A stretch of 63,696 bases of DNA, counting the filler, from Sphacelaria rigidula (Eukaryota): assembly GCA_964200075.2 (NCBI GenBank). It is 10 parts of 10 records of this genome, joined end to end, with 100 filler letters (N's around TTAATTAATTAA, not from the genome) between each part and the next. Parts side by side here need not be neighbours in the genome. Positions count along the whole stretch, not along the records: positions 57,418 to 63,696 come from CAXNAA020021047.1; 9 more parts are not named here. One strand, written 5' to 3'. Every line of letters begins with the position of its first letter. The stretch's first letter is position 1. The position numbers and the translations under genes were made by a program. Positions 62,596 through 63,696 of the stretch are shown here, piece after piece. Under the pieces are notes generated by a model. It saw only the letters and a list, made by a program, of their open reading frames with translations. It ran no database searches and had not been told where the DNA came from.

Positions 62596-63625
62596 AAAAC
62601 TCTTCTGAAATGTTCCGTCGCGAATAACTCACGAAGGAAAAAACACACGCACACGGGAGGAACAAAGGGGTGTTCGCACATACGTCCCGTACATCATGTC
62701 AAAATTTCATCGAAAACGACTTAATTTTGAGCTCGGGAATTTTGCTACAGCTTGTGCGGCACCACGCGGCACAAAACTGACTGTATCCGGAGATCCAATC
62801 TCAGCCGTTTTCTTTTGGCTAATTCCGCCGCACGTGGTAACCTCAACTCTATAAACTTTCGCAGTTGACTTCGGTTTGATATTTCGTTTGATGAGACCTT
62901 GTCGGATCGTAATGCTACATGGATTTGAAGACGCGCGCTGATTTGCCGATCACCGATGTGTCGTAGTGGGCACAACTCGCGATACATGGTCAGTTAGAAC
63001 GGGCTGAAGGAAAGTGAGCTTCTGAGGCGTCCCAGCCTGCACCGCTTTTCGGCAACGGCCCACGACACTTGGATGGTAGACCATACCTTGGGCGGCGCAT
63101 GAGCCGTGGAAACTCCGAAAACTAATCACTCAGTTGCCTAGATTCATCTCGCACGTGTGTCACAAGAGACTGGCGAGCTCTACCTGCACGGCACAGAGCA
63201 AAAGGGTCCATCGAGAAGGGAAACGTGTGCCTACCTTTCTCAAATCATGGCAAGCGGCTGCAGCTCATGTCTAACGACTCGAACCCTCGTTTGTGTGCAA
63301 CTCGTCCTAGCAGCCCACGTCCGTGCAGTGTTCGTCTTCTACGCCTGAGTTGTCCTCCAAAACTCGAAGGATTGTAAGCAGACGAATTCTCGGAACAGTT
63401 CGCATGTTCGAAGGGTTGCTGCCCCGTGGTCGGACATCCGATGGACGTGGCTTGTGTCCCTTATGTGGACAGGTAATTATCGTATAGAGAACAGGTATGG
63501 TACGAAATCGCTGACAACGCGTATGCCACACGCATGTCGTGTGTCATGGGCCTGAGCCATGTAACTCGAGGGGGTCGTGGCAAATGCTCGACACGTGAAG
63601 GCGCGCCGTTGTGTGTGCCCTTGCA

Positions 63626-63696
63626 TTAACCCTTTGGGAACTAGACCCCCAGGGAGTGCTGATTTTTGTTTTGGTGAATCGGCATCATTTTCAGTC
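63626..63696 (+). mobile_element. Left end of a piggyBac-type element, truncated by contig end
   Basis: TTAA|CCCTTTGGGAACT is identical to the terminus at 7775. Confidence 0.55.

Overview
This is eukaryotic, intron-rich, repeat-rich DNA; a stramenopile, probably a brown alga, is my inference from the gene content and multi-kb introns. It is not one locus. It is ten length-sorted contigs (six of 6280 bp, then four of 6279 bp) joined by identical artificial 100-bp linkers (N44-TTAATTAATTAA-N44), so no neighbourhood inference is valid across linkers. Genes rebuilt by hand from splice sites: three in-phase exons of the meiotic gene HOP2 (contig 1); the last three exons of an OTUD6B/Otu2-like deubiquitinase with a GC-AG intron (contig 5); and exon 1 of an acyl-CoA delta-9 desaturase head-to-head with exon 1 of a possible Spc24-like gene (contig 8). 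A few unassigned exons are also present. The most unusual object is a frameshifted ~2.5-kb ORF in contig 4 with a full set of XPG/XRN-type PIN nuclease motifs followed by a Cys cluster, the layout of AcademX-type DNA transposons. The rest is mostly non-autonomous elements: TTAA/piggyBac-type, Stowaway-type, Harbinger-type, 4-bp-TSD and GAC-terminus MITEs, a tRNA-derived SINE, a ~310-bp tandem array built on a 13-bp palindrome, and a near-perfect 105-nt intronic hairpin. Most ORFs in the supplied track are spurious. All family assignments come from motif recognition, not database searches.
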